Assembly: GCA_001552015.1 (NCBI GenBank)
Contig: CP010514.1
Location: forward strand, 90,001-122,000
DNA: 32,000 bases
Direction: 5' to 3'
From: Candidatus Nanopusillus acidilobi
Lineage (GTDB): Archaea > Nanobdellota > Nanobdellia > Nanobdellales > Nanobdellaceae
Position numbers and translations under genes: made by a program. Below, in pieces: positions 1-7,996 of the stretch (position 1 is the first letter of the stretch; every line of letters begins with the position of its first letter). Under the pieces are notes generated by a model. The model had not been told where the DNA came from. It was given only the letters and a program-made list of their open reading frames with translations, and ran no database searches.

Positions 1-1330
1 TATTTTTATTAATATCTCCTAAGTAAACTAAAGGACATTCTTTTCCAACAATAATTCCATTTACATTTTGTATATTATCATATACACCAGTTGGGCAATT
101 TATTGTATCTCCGTTTAAATTATATTCACAGAAAGGATCTGCTGCTAAGAATACATAATCTGGTTCTCCGCTTGTATTTAAAAATGAAATATATAATCTT
201 ATTACCTCATGCCATGGATAATCAATGAATACTTGCTGACAATTTGGTGGTATATCTACTACACCTCTATAAAATGCTCCAACAATTAATTCCTGATTAC
301 CCGGATTAGCCTGATTACCTTCGCAAAGAGAATTGCCTATATAATATGTACCAAATTCTTCTTGGCATGCTTCATTTAAATATTGTTGTGGGATTATAAA
401 TTCTGCTAATCTATTTATATCAGTAGCAGTTCTATAAATAGGAGGACCTTGATAATAATAAGGTATAGATGTTAGATATTGATTATAAGTTTCAGGGCAT
501 TGTTCTGTATTATAAATACATAAATATCCGGAAAAGAAATTAGGCAAACTAGAGTTAGGTTGTGCTGGCGTACTATCTCCGCCTATATAATTTGGAAATA
601 AATTCCATTCATCCTGTGGACAATATACAGAAGCGTTTGTAAAATTATAATTTGGAAATATTTCCGTTAATGGCGTACAGTATCCATTTTGTACGGCTTG
701 AGATTGAGATAGATCATTATATAATGCTGGTAAGCCCCATAAACTTACTGACGCAGATTGATGAAATGGCGCTGTTGCATTTACCCATCCTGCTCCATAT
801 AAAGTTTGACTTACCGGTATATTAATATTTTCTGTATAATTATTTACAAAGAAATATGTATAATTCCATTCATACCATTGTGTACCGTCAGGATCCGGTG
901 GAGGATTCATTGAACAAGGATCCCAATTTCCAATATTACCAGCTACTATAAACATTTGAACAATCCATCCTGTTACTGGTGGGATAAAATATATTGTAAG
1001 GTTCCATCTATTTCCATATATATTATCAAAGTAATTTATCAAATCTTCTGATATGTTTGTACATGTATTTTGATTTATACAATATGTATCATTTCCAGAA
1101 GATGAAAAATATGATAATAAAAATGCATAGGATAAATTAACATTATTGTCATAAATATATGGTAATAAATCAAGGCTATTTTGAATTGTTAATGTATATT
1201 GATTTTCTACATTATATGTTTGTGTTATTTTAGAGTTAGAGCTAGTAGTTAATAGATAAACTAAAAGAATTGATAAAATTATTATTGAAATAATAATAAC
1301 AAATGTTAATGTATTTATCTGATTTTTCAT
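1..1330 (-). CDS. Cys-rich secreted or membrane-anchored protein of unknown function; 5' end complete, 3' end beyond the window (about 443 codons visible)
   Basis: ATG at 1330..1328 overlaps the TGA stop of the upstream ORF (ATGA). My manual translation (MKNQINTLTFVIIISIIILSILLVYLLTTSSNS...GIIVGKECPLVYLGDINKN) stays open to position 2. It is absent from the ORF track, apparently because it is edge-truncated. It has an N-terminal hydrophobic helix, many Cys and many N-x-S/T sequons. No family recognised. Confidence 0.6.
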   Translation of the reverse strand, partial: MKNQINTLTFVIIISIIILSILLVYLLTTSSNSKITQTYNVENQYTLTIQNSLDLLPYIYDNNVNLSYAFLLSYFSSSGNDTYCINQNTCTNISEDLINYFDNIYGNRWNLTIYFIPPVTGWIVQMFIVAGNIGNWDPCSMNPPPDPDGTQWYEWNYTYFFVNNYTENINIPVSQTLYGAGWVNATAPFHQSASVSLWGLPALYNDLSQSQAVQNGYCTPLTEIFPNYNFTNASVYCPQDEWNLFPNYIGGDSTPAQPNSSLPNFFSGYLCIYNTEQCPETYNQYLTSIPYYYQGPPIYRTATDINRLAEFIIPQQYLNEACQEEFGTYYIGNSLCEGNQANPGNQELIVGAFYRGVVDIPPNCQQVFIDYPWHEVIRLYISFLNTSGEPDYVFLAADPFCEYNLNGDTINCPTGVYDNIQNVNGIIVGKECPLVYLGDINKN

Positions 1331-2151
1331 TTTAGATAATATAAAAGTATAATTAGGCCTATTATTATAATTACTATTACTATTGCTGCTGGCAAAATCA
1401 AATTGACGTTATTTATTTTATTACTTACATTTGGTTGTGGATAAATTAATTGTTGGGTACTATTTGTTAAATTTACTTCAGTTTGATTTATGCATTCAAA
1501 TACTCCTGTACATGATATATATACAATATTTGGTGGTGGACATTGCTGTAAAAATTCTTGATATAACTGATTTAATGAATAATTATATGGACATCTAAAC
1601 CAATCTCCTTCAAAAGATAAGTTTTCTGGGCAATATCCGCATTGATATTCTATTTTATATACATTCAATACTGATTGATATGATTCATTATTTGTTAAAT
1701 AAGATTGAGGTATATATGGAGGATTAAAACATGGATAAATCTGATTTGAACATGGTTGATAATACCATGGTGTATTTGAACAATTTAGTAAACTATTACA
1801 TAATGTTGGTACAGGTATAATTATGTCTTGATATGCTGATGGAGGAATTAATGCATATGGACTAACTAATGTTCCATTTGGATATTCGCAATAACTACTA
1901 TTTACATATATTAATCCATAATGGGCGCAAAAAGAATATTGGGGTGATACATTATTTTCATAATATTGTAAAGCATTAAAGTATGTACCATTTATAATAC
2001 AATAAGAACCTGTACTATTTGTATAATATGTTCCTCCTCCGTATTCACAATAAACTGCAAGTGGATTTCTCATAGAATATATATTATAAGATAAAATTAA
2101 GAAAGAGATTATAGATAATATTACTAAATATTTATTGTGAAAGAGTGACAT
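1327..2151 (-). CDS. Cys-rich (14 Cys), sequon-dense exoprotein with an N-terminal signal/anchor and a C-terminal TM anchor
   Basis: 274-aa ORF. N-terminus KYLVILSIISFLILSYNIYS; C-terminus LILPAAIVIVIIIIGLIILLYYLK. About 15 N-x-S/T sequons. It overlaps the upstream protease gene by 20 nt and the downstream gene by 4 nt. No family recognised. Confidence 0.6.
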   Translation of the reverse strand: MSLFHNKYLVILSIISFLILSYNIYSMRNPLAVYCEYGGGTYYTNSTGSYCIINGTYFNALQYYENNVSPQYSFCAHYGLIYVNSSYCEYPNGTLVSPYALIPPSAYQDIIIPVPTLCNSLLNCSNTPWYYQPCSNQIYPCFNPPYIPQSYLTNNESYQSVLNVYKIEYQCGYCPENLSFEGDWFRCPYNYSLNQLYQEFLQQCPPPNIVYISCTGVFECINQTEVNLTNSTQQLIYPQPNVSNKINNVNLILPAAIVIVIIIIGLIILLYYLK

Positions 2152-3583
2152 TTTGGATTGCGATTATATAGTAGGGAAATGTTAGGCCATAAGGAGATTG
2201 ATCAAATGGTACATACATATATCCATCTTGTATCCAATAAACACCTCCACATTCTACTTCTGTTGTGTTAAAAACCGATTGTAGATAATTATTACAATCC
2301 TGATAATTTTTATATAGTTCACCGCATAGACTAAGATTGTCTGGTCCAAGCGCTGGTACTCCGTTTGTAGTAAAAACTATACAGCCCGTAATATTTCCCC
2401 ATTGATTCTCAAATATCCAACAATCCTGTGTTCCATATACTTCTCCGCATAGTTGAGAATATGCAGTATCGCCAGTAGTATAGCCAACTAATAACATGGC
2501 ATGTCCAGAATTGGATGCTATTTGACTTGGATATGGCCCACCGCTTCCTGCTAGAAATCCAGCAGCTACTAATGGTCCATAGCATAATAAGTCCTGGATT
2601 ATCTGTTGATCTGATAAGGGTCCATTTTCAGATAAGTAAATAACGCCTTCTGGGTAATATAGTGGAAAAGTAGGTCCATTATAATTGTGATTACATACAT
2701 CACCTGGATAGCTTTGATTAAAGTTCTGTGAACAATTATATAAAGTAGAATCATAATAGTTCCATCCTTGATCAGGTGGAATTCCATATTGAGATGCAAA
2801 AAATATAGCAGAGTATGGATCACCTTCATTACAACCTTCGTTTATACTACAATATCCTGGAGTATTTGGATAACCATTATTACATTCTATTGCTAAATAT
2901 GCTGGAGATAATGTTAATTCTTCATTAGGTTCATTATTTCTTATCATATATATTGAAGCAATTCCATTTGAAGATGCAAATGCCCAACAATCTCCGCATT
3001 CTCCCTGATCTCCTATTGGAGGTAAATAGTCATTTCCATTTACATCACCCCAGAAAAAGCTTGTTTGTCCATTATATGTAAATAAACATTGTGAATTTTG
3101 ATTATTATTTGGAGAGTTTTGATTATTTTCTGAGGTTATATATACAAGAGTTCCACTTGGTAAATATTGATTAAATATATTAATTGAATTTTGAAGATTT
3201 GTTGTAATAAAAACAGTATTATTTGTACTAACAAGGTATATATAATTATTTGGATATAGAAAACTCACATTTTGATTATTATATAATGTTATATTCTTGT
3301 AAAAATTAATTGTATAATTATTGTTATCATATTGTATTATCAATTCTGTACCATTTGTATATAATAAAACTCCATTTGGTATATTAACTTTTATATAATA
3401 TGTACCTTGAATACTATTTATTGTATTTTGTAAATTCTGTAAACTGTTAATAAAATTTTCAAATATATATTCTTCCTGTTCTTTTTTAATATTTAAAGAA
3501 TATTGATAATATATTAGGAAAGATAATGATATAATTACCAATATTATTGCTATTGAAAGTAAATTTAATTGATTCTTTTTCAT
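2132..3583 (-). CDS. N-terminally membrane-anchored papain-family (peptidase C1) cysteine protease
   Basis: 483 aa. TM helix LLSIAIILVIISLSFLIYY, a beta-rich domain of about 130 aa, an N/Q/S linker (NNQNSPNNNQNSQ), then C1 motifs. These are DQGECGDCWAFAS (Gln193, Cys199; compare papain NQGSCGSCWAFS), SGHAMLLVGY (His361) and WIFENQWG (Asn393). The segment GCNEGDPYSAIFFASQYGI matches the papain GCNGGYP...GI region. Confidence 0.8.
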   Translation of the reverse strand: MKKNQLNLLSIAIILVIISLSFLIYYQYSLNIKKEQEEYIFENFINSLQNLQNTINSIQGTYYIKVNIPNGVLLYTNGTELIIQYDNNNYTINFYKNITLYNNQNVSFLYPNNYIYLVSTNNTVFITTNLQNSINIFNQYLPSGTLVYITSENNQNSPNNNQNSQCLFTYNGQTSFFWGDVNGNDYLPPIGDQGECGDCWAFASSNGIASIYMIRNNEPNEELTLSPAYLAIECNNGYPNTPGYCSINEGCNEGDPYSAIFFASQYGIPPDQGWNYYDSTLYNCSQNFNQSYPGDVCNHNYNGPTFPLYYPEGVIYLSENGPLSDQQIIQDLLCYGPLVAAGFLAGSGGPYPSQIASNSGHAMLLVGYTTGDTAYSQLCGEVYGTQDCWIFENQWGNITGCIVFTTNGVPALGPDNLSLCGELYKNYQDCNNYLQSVFNTTEVECGGVYWIQDGYMYVPFDQSPYGLTFPYYIIAIQNVTLSQ

Positions 3584-3618
3584 TATGATCTAATAATATT
3601 TAAAAATTTTAAAAAATT

Positions 3619-4059
3619 TTAACTTGGATTTTCTATATAAATTGTTACCTGTGTTGGAGATGTTTTTTCGACAAGTAATGGAATTTTTTCATTTGGATTT
3701 CCATATGATAATTCATAAAATAATCCTGAAGTATAATATTGAATCATATTATTTGTTGTATTTATTATTACATTGCATGGTATTGTATAATTATAATATT
3801 TATCATATATATAACAACTTAATAAGTTGTTATTACTGTAAATATAATTTAAATATTTGTTTATTTCAATGTTAATATATACTCCTGTTCCATTGTTAGA
3901 ATAACATACTTCTTCAACTGTAGAATATAGATTTTGGCATGAATATATATCTTGATATAATAATTGGGTCTGATTATTTATATTAGCAAATTTAAAATAT
4001 AAATATATAGATAAACCAAAAGCAATGATTGTTACAACTATCCAAAACCAATTTTCCAT
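3619..4059 (-). CDS. Small N-terminally anchored Cys-pair protein (pseudopilin-like candidate), paralog 4
   Basis: 146 aa. N-terminal helix WFWIVVTIIAFGLSIYLYF. 4 Cys arranged as SCQ-x10-C and SCY-x13-C. It sits in the coupled operon. Confidence 0.55.
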   Translation of the reverse strand: MENWFWIVVTIIAFGLSIYLYFKFANINNQTQLLYQDIYSCQNLYSTVEEVCYSNNGTGVYINIEINKYLNYIYSNNNLLSCYIYDKYYNYTIPCNVIINTTNNMIQYYTSGLFYELSYGNPNEKIPLLVEKTSPTQVTIYIENPS

Positions 4060-4061
4060 TT

Positions 4062-4475
4062 TTATCCCTGGACATTAATATAGACATAATTTCCTGCCGA
4101 ATATACTAATATATATTCTCCAGTATTTATATTATAATTACAATTTTGCATTACTACATTTGGATCTATACTACTTACATTATTTATTAAATCCTGACAT
4201 GTAAATGGGTTTCCCTGATAGTTAATTAAATAGCAAAGACCCCGGGCTTTTTTATAATAACATGATACTACATCCATTGCAACATCTTGTATTGAAGTTA
4301 CATTTGTTTCTACTACAGTTTGTGTATTATTATATTTTGGCATTATACTACTAATGTAAGAAGTTATATTTCCTTTTAATAAAAATATTATTCCTAAAAT
4401 TACCAATGTAACAGTTATTCCAATAATTATTAAAAATGTATAATTTATTGGAAGTTCTTGTGACTTTATTGCCAT
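4062..4475 (-). CDS. Small N-terminally anchored Cys-pair protein (pseudopilin-like candidate), paralog 3
   Basis: 137 aa. MAIKSQELPINYTFLIIIGITVTLVILGIIFLL. 4 Cys (SCY-x8-C, TCQ-x19-C). There is a 2-nt gap to the next gene. Confidence 0.55.
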   Translation of the reverse strand: MAIKSQELPINYTFLIIIGITVTLVILGIIFLLKGNITSYISSIMPKYNNTQTVVETNVTSIQDVAMDVVSCYYKKARGLCYLINYQGNPFTCQDLINNVSSIDPNVVMQNCNYNINTGEYILVYSAGNYVYINVQG

Positions 4476-4945
4476 ATTACAATATAACTATTGTTGTATA
4501 TTATAAATATGCTATTATATGGATAAATATTTCCATTATTATTATTTAAATGAAATATAATATTATTTGGATTAAATTCAGTATAATTTTGCACATATTG
4601 AATTAATATTGATGAATTCAAAGTAATATTTTCATCTATATAAACATCATAACATACATTAAATAATTTATCTGTATTTACATTATTATTATAGCAATTT
4701 AATATTAATCCTATTATATCTGAATAAATTGTATCATTGCTTTCATTTGTATAAATAATATTTATTGAAGAAGGATAATATTTTTCACATGATGGGGAAA
4801 AACCACCTTGTGATATTAATGTTTGACAATAATATGCTTGAGAATTACTAAAAAATTTTGTATAAATAATATCTAATATAACTACAACAGATATTATCGC
4901 TATTATTATTATAAATATGGTATCTATTGTTATATCGTTCTTCAT
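4466..4945 (-). CDS. Small N-terminally anchored Cys-pair protein (pseudopilin-like candidate), paralog 2
   Basis: 159 aa. MKNDITIDTIFIIIIAIISVVVILDII. 4 Cys (YCQ-x12-C, NCY-x14-C). It overlaps its neighbours by 10 nt and 4 nt. Confidence 0.55.
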   Translation of the reverse strand: MKNDITIDTIFIIIIAIISVVVILDIIYTKFFSNSQAYYCQTLISQGGFSPSCEKYYPSSINIIYTNESNDTIYSDIIGLILNCYNNNVNTDKLFNVCYDVYIDENITLNSSILIQYVQNYTEFNPNNIIFHLNNNNGNIYPYNSIFIIYNNSYIVIWQ

Positions 4946-5226
4946 ATATAATTAATACTTCCATTATAAATATATATAATTCTATAGCCAGAGGGAATTG
5001 TTATTCCATTTATTGTACAATTTTCACTAAGAAATACTTTAATATTTATTATTTCCTGAAAACTTTTATTATATAGGTCTTCTAGTTGTTGACAATTAAT
5101 AATTTGTATACTATTTCCTCCCAAATTATTTTTTACATTATAAATATAATAAAAAGAAAATAAACCGGCAATTATAATTAATATAAAGGTTATTATAATC
5201 CAATATATTGATTGCTGTAATCTCAT
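4942..5226 (-). CDS. Small N-terminally anchored Cys-pair protein (pseudopilin-like candidate), paralog 1
   Basis: 94 aa. MRLQQSIYWIIITFILIIIAGLFSFYYIY. 2 Cys (NCQ-x24-C). ATGA overlaps on both sides. Confidence 0.5.
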   Translation of the reverse strand: MRLQQSIYWIIITFILIIIAGLFSFYYIYNVKNNLGGNSIQIINCQQLEDLYNKSFQEIINIKVFLSENCTINGITIPSGYRIIYIYNGSINYI

Positions 5227-7193
5227 AATTGTATATTTATTGGTAAATATGGGCCAAATACTGTATATACTATTAATATTCCTATTATTGAAAATATTAC
5301 ATAAAATATTGTTCCAAACAATAAGTTTTTACCTATATAATATGATGTCATTGTTTTATCAAATCCATATTTTATTCCTGCGCTCATATATGAAGTTATT
5401 ATTACATATTCTATAAAAAATATACCAATTATTGCTTCAAAGAATGTTGGTGGTATTAAATTATATAGATTAAAGGTATTTGCAACGAAATTATATAGAT
5501 TAGCTCCACTACCTAAACCAAAGGATTGATCTATTAATTGAAAGAAATATGCAAGTGCAAAAAGCATTGAAACTATTCCGTTATTAAAAACTGTAACCAT
5601 TGCAGAAATTAATGGTACTAGATTTTTTGATGTAATATCTATCAATCCAATTACTTCATTTAATATCTTTCTTACATTATATCTTATGCTATCTACATTT
5701 TCTAAATTTGTTGATATATTATATGCAATCTTTGATAAAACTTCAGGACCTTTTGATGAAGAAGTAACTAAAAGTTGCATGGATTCCCTTACTAATTTTG
5801 ATGGATATAGATTTAATGAACCAATTTTTGGATCAAATATAGAAGTATTTAAATCATAGCCTCTTCTTAAATTATATAATGTTGTTTTTAGGAAATTTTC
5901 CATAACTCCAGAGGATTTTATTATTCTATAATTATAGTATGTTTTTTCAACTACCATTTCAAATGGATAGCCATCTTCTAATAATGATGCAAACTCATAT
6001 ACAACAATTGGGAATTCATTTTCTATTTCTTCAATTTGATATATTTTCTTAACTCTTTGGAAAGATGTTAAATAATAATAGGATCCTATACCCAAACCCA
6101 ATCCTAAAGGTAATGCTAAAGTTAAAACAGAATATATTAATGCTCTATCTTGATAAACTATATTTAAATAATCACTTAAGAATCCTTGTGGAATAGATGT
6201 AATTTTTATAGCTAAAGAAATTAAATGATATATTCCTAAAATTGCAATTGATCCCAATATTATTGAAATTATTATTGCTGGAATTTCATTATCTCCAATT
6301 TTAAATCTTCCAGGTTTTGGTAGATCTCTTGCTAAAGATAAATCTGGAACAGAAAATGCAAATGGGTTCTTTGATAAAAAGTTCTGAATTATTAAAAATG
6401 TAATAACTGGTAAAATTATTATATATGAAAATGCTATGAAATAGAAACTTACAGTATTTAATAAAAATACAGATATTATTGGTAACATAATCAAGCTAAC
6501 TATTGGAAGCATTACTAAGAAAGATACAATAACTGTTGCTGGTTCTTTTAAAGCATCTACATATAATTGAGATTTTTCTAATGATTTCTTCAATACCCAT
6601 CCTAATATTCTATCTAATAATTTGTTTATATCATCAATAGAATTCTTATATTTAATATTTACAATATGAGTCATTGCATATACAAAATCTGGGCTTAGAT
6701 AAAACCATCTTCTTTGATAATATTCTAATGCAGATTCAATATCATTAAATTTATTTGTTTCTAAATTATATAATAATGATTTAAAGTCTGTTGCAATATA
6801 ACCCTTCATATAATATGCTACATATTTTATTCCATTTTCCAAATTAGGATTTCTTTTTAGATATAATGATAAATATAATATTATCCATATAACTTCTGAT
6901 GTTACTTGTATTCTAACAATTTGTGTATAGAATATTGGATAATATGCAAAATAAAATGATAATATCAATAAAGAAATTAATAAAGAAAAAGCTAATTGAA
7001 AGCTAACAAAACTTAAAATAAAATATATAATTATAGAAAATAATGTTAGGGTTATTACAGAAGAAAATATATTATCTGGATTTGTATTTAGTCTATTTAA
7101 CCATAAATGAAATGCATATTTTTTATATATAGAATCAGGGGCTTTTAATTTTATTAAATTAAAATTATTATAAAAATATTCAAAAAAACTCAT
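5223..7193 (-). CDS. Polytopic membrane protein, candidate type IV pilus / T2SS / archaellum platform protein (PilC/TadC/FlaJ-like, two T2SS-F-like repeats)
   Basis: 656 aa with many TM helices. Two soluble helical segments follow the remembered T2SS-F pattern. They are EVIWIILYLSLYLKRNPNLENGIKYVA...DIESALEYY...SPDFVYAM and EFPIVVYEFASLLEDGYPFEMVVEK...LYNLRRGYDLNTSIF...YPSKLVRESMQLLVTSSSKGPEVLSKIA. Each is followed by TM helices. The gene lies directly downstream of a pilin-like gene. The assignment rests on pattern recognition only, not on an HMM score. Confidence 0.5.
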   Translation of the reverse strand: MSFFEYFYNNFNLIKLKAPDSIYKKYAFHLWLNRLNTNPDNIFSSVITLTLFSIIIYFILSFVSFQLAFSLLISLLILSFYFAYYPIFYTQIVRIQVTSEVIWIILYLSLYLKRNPNLENGIKYVAYYMKGYIATDFKSLLYNLETNKFNDIESALEYYQRRWFYLSPDFVYAMTHIVNIKYKNSIDDINKLLDRILGWVLKKSLEKSQLYVDALKEPATVIVSFLVMLPIVSLIMLPIISVFLLNTVSFYFIAFSYIIILPVITFLIIQNFLSKNPFAFSVPDLSLARDLPKPGRFKIGDNEIPAIIISIILGSIAILGIYHLISLAIKITSIPQGFLSDYLNIVYQDRALIYSVLTLALPLGLGLGIGSYYYLTSFQRVKKIYQIEEIENEFPIVVYEFASLLEDGYPFEMVVEKTYYNYRIIKSSGVMENFLKTTLYNLRRGYDLNTSIFDPKIGSLNLYPSKLVRESMQLLVTSSSKGPEVLSKIAYNISTNLENVDSIRYNVRKILNEVIGLIDITSKNLVPLISAMVTVFNNGIVSMLFALAYFFQLIDQSFGLGSGANLYNFVANTFNLYNLIPPTFFEAIIGIFFIEYVIITSYMSAGIKYGFDKTMTSYYIGKNLLFGTIFYVIFSIIGILIVYTVFGPYLPINIQL

Positions 7194-7198
7194 TACAT

Positions 7199-7960
7199 TT
7201 AGCTTGTTACACTTGGTATATTATTTAACTGAGAATATGGTACCTGCAATAAGAATTGACATAATGGCATTCCATTAACATTATTATTTATACCCAATGC
7301 TGTGCAATTTCCAGTTACTGTTAATATTCCATTACTAACTGTTAAATTCAAATTACATCCATCTGCAGTATTATAATAGTTAGCAATATCCAATAATGCA
7401 CCAAATACCTGATTTGTAATCCATGTTGGTAATTGTGCAGAACATTGTACTGGACCTGGATTTAATATTTGTGATGGAGAAGAAATATAAATATTTTCTT
7501 GTCCATTTGTTACATTAAAATATGTAGCAGAAGAATAATTTCCAAATACATAACTTGTTGCTTGTTCTGGATTATAATATAAATTATCAATATAATTCTG
7601 GCATTCTAAATACATGCAATCAAGAGGTGATATAGAATATCCTTCATATTGACATTGACTAGAAGAACCTCCATATAATTGTAATACTACACTACATGGA
7701 ACAGCATTTGAACAAACATAATATCCAGGACTTGTTTGTACAAGTCCATTTCCTATATCTTCATACTTTGTACAAAATGTATATGGGCTTGAACAATAGC
7801 TTGAACAATCTGAAACTGCCTGTTGTATTTGAGTATTTGATATTTGGCTAATCTTTGAAGATTGTTGCTGGAATAATTTAATTACAATCACTGCCACTAC
7901 TAACATTATTATTATTACAAATATTATTTCTACAGCCATATCTATACCTCTCTTTTTCAT
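7199..7960 (-). CDS. Type IV pilin-like protein with a class III (prepilin-type) signal peptide and a Cys-rich (12 Cys) globular domain
   Basis: 253 aa. N-terminus MKKRG|IDMAVEIIFVIIIMLVVAVIVIKLF: a basic stretch, Gly, then a hydrophobic helix with Glu at about +6. First gene of the operon. TTTATAAA lies about 23 nt upstream of the ATG. Confidence 0.6.
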   Translation of the reverse strand: MKKRGIDMAVEIIFVIIIMLVVAVIVIKLFQQQSSKISQISNTQIQQAVSDCSSYCSSPYTFCTKYEDIGNGLVQTSPGYYVCSNAVPCSVVLQLYGGSSSQCQYEGYSISPLDCMYLECQNYIDNLYYNPEQATSYVFGNYSSATYFNVTNGQENIYISSPSQILNPGPVQCSAQLPTWITNQVFGALLDIANYYNTADGCNLNLTVSNGILTVTGNCTALGINNNVNGMPLCQFLLQVPYSQLNNIPSVTS

Positions 7961-7996
7961 AATTAAGGATAAATATTTTATTCTTTATAAATATTT

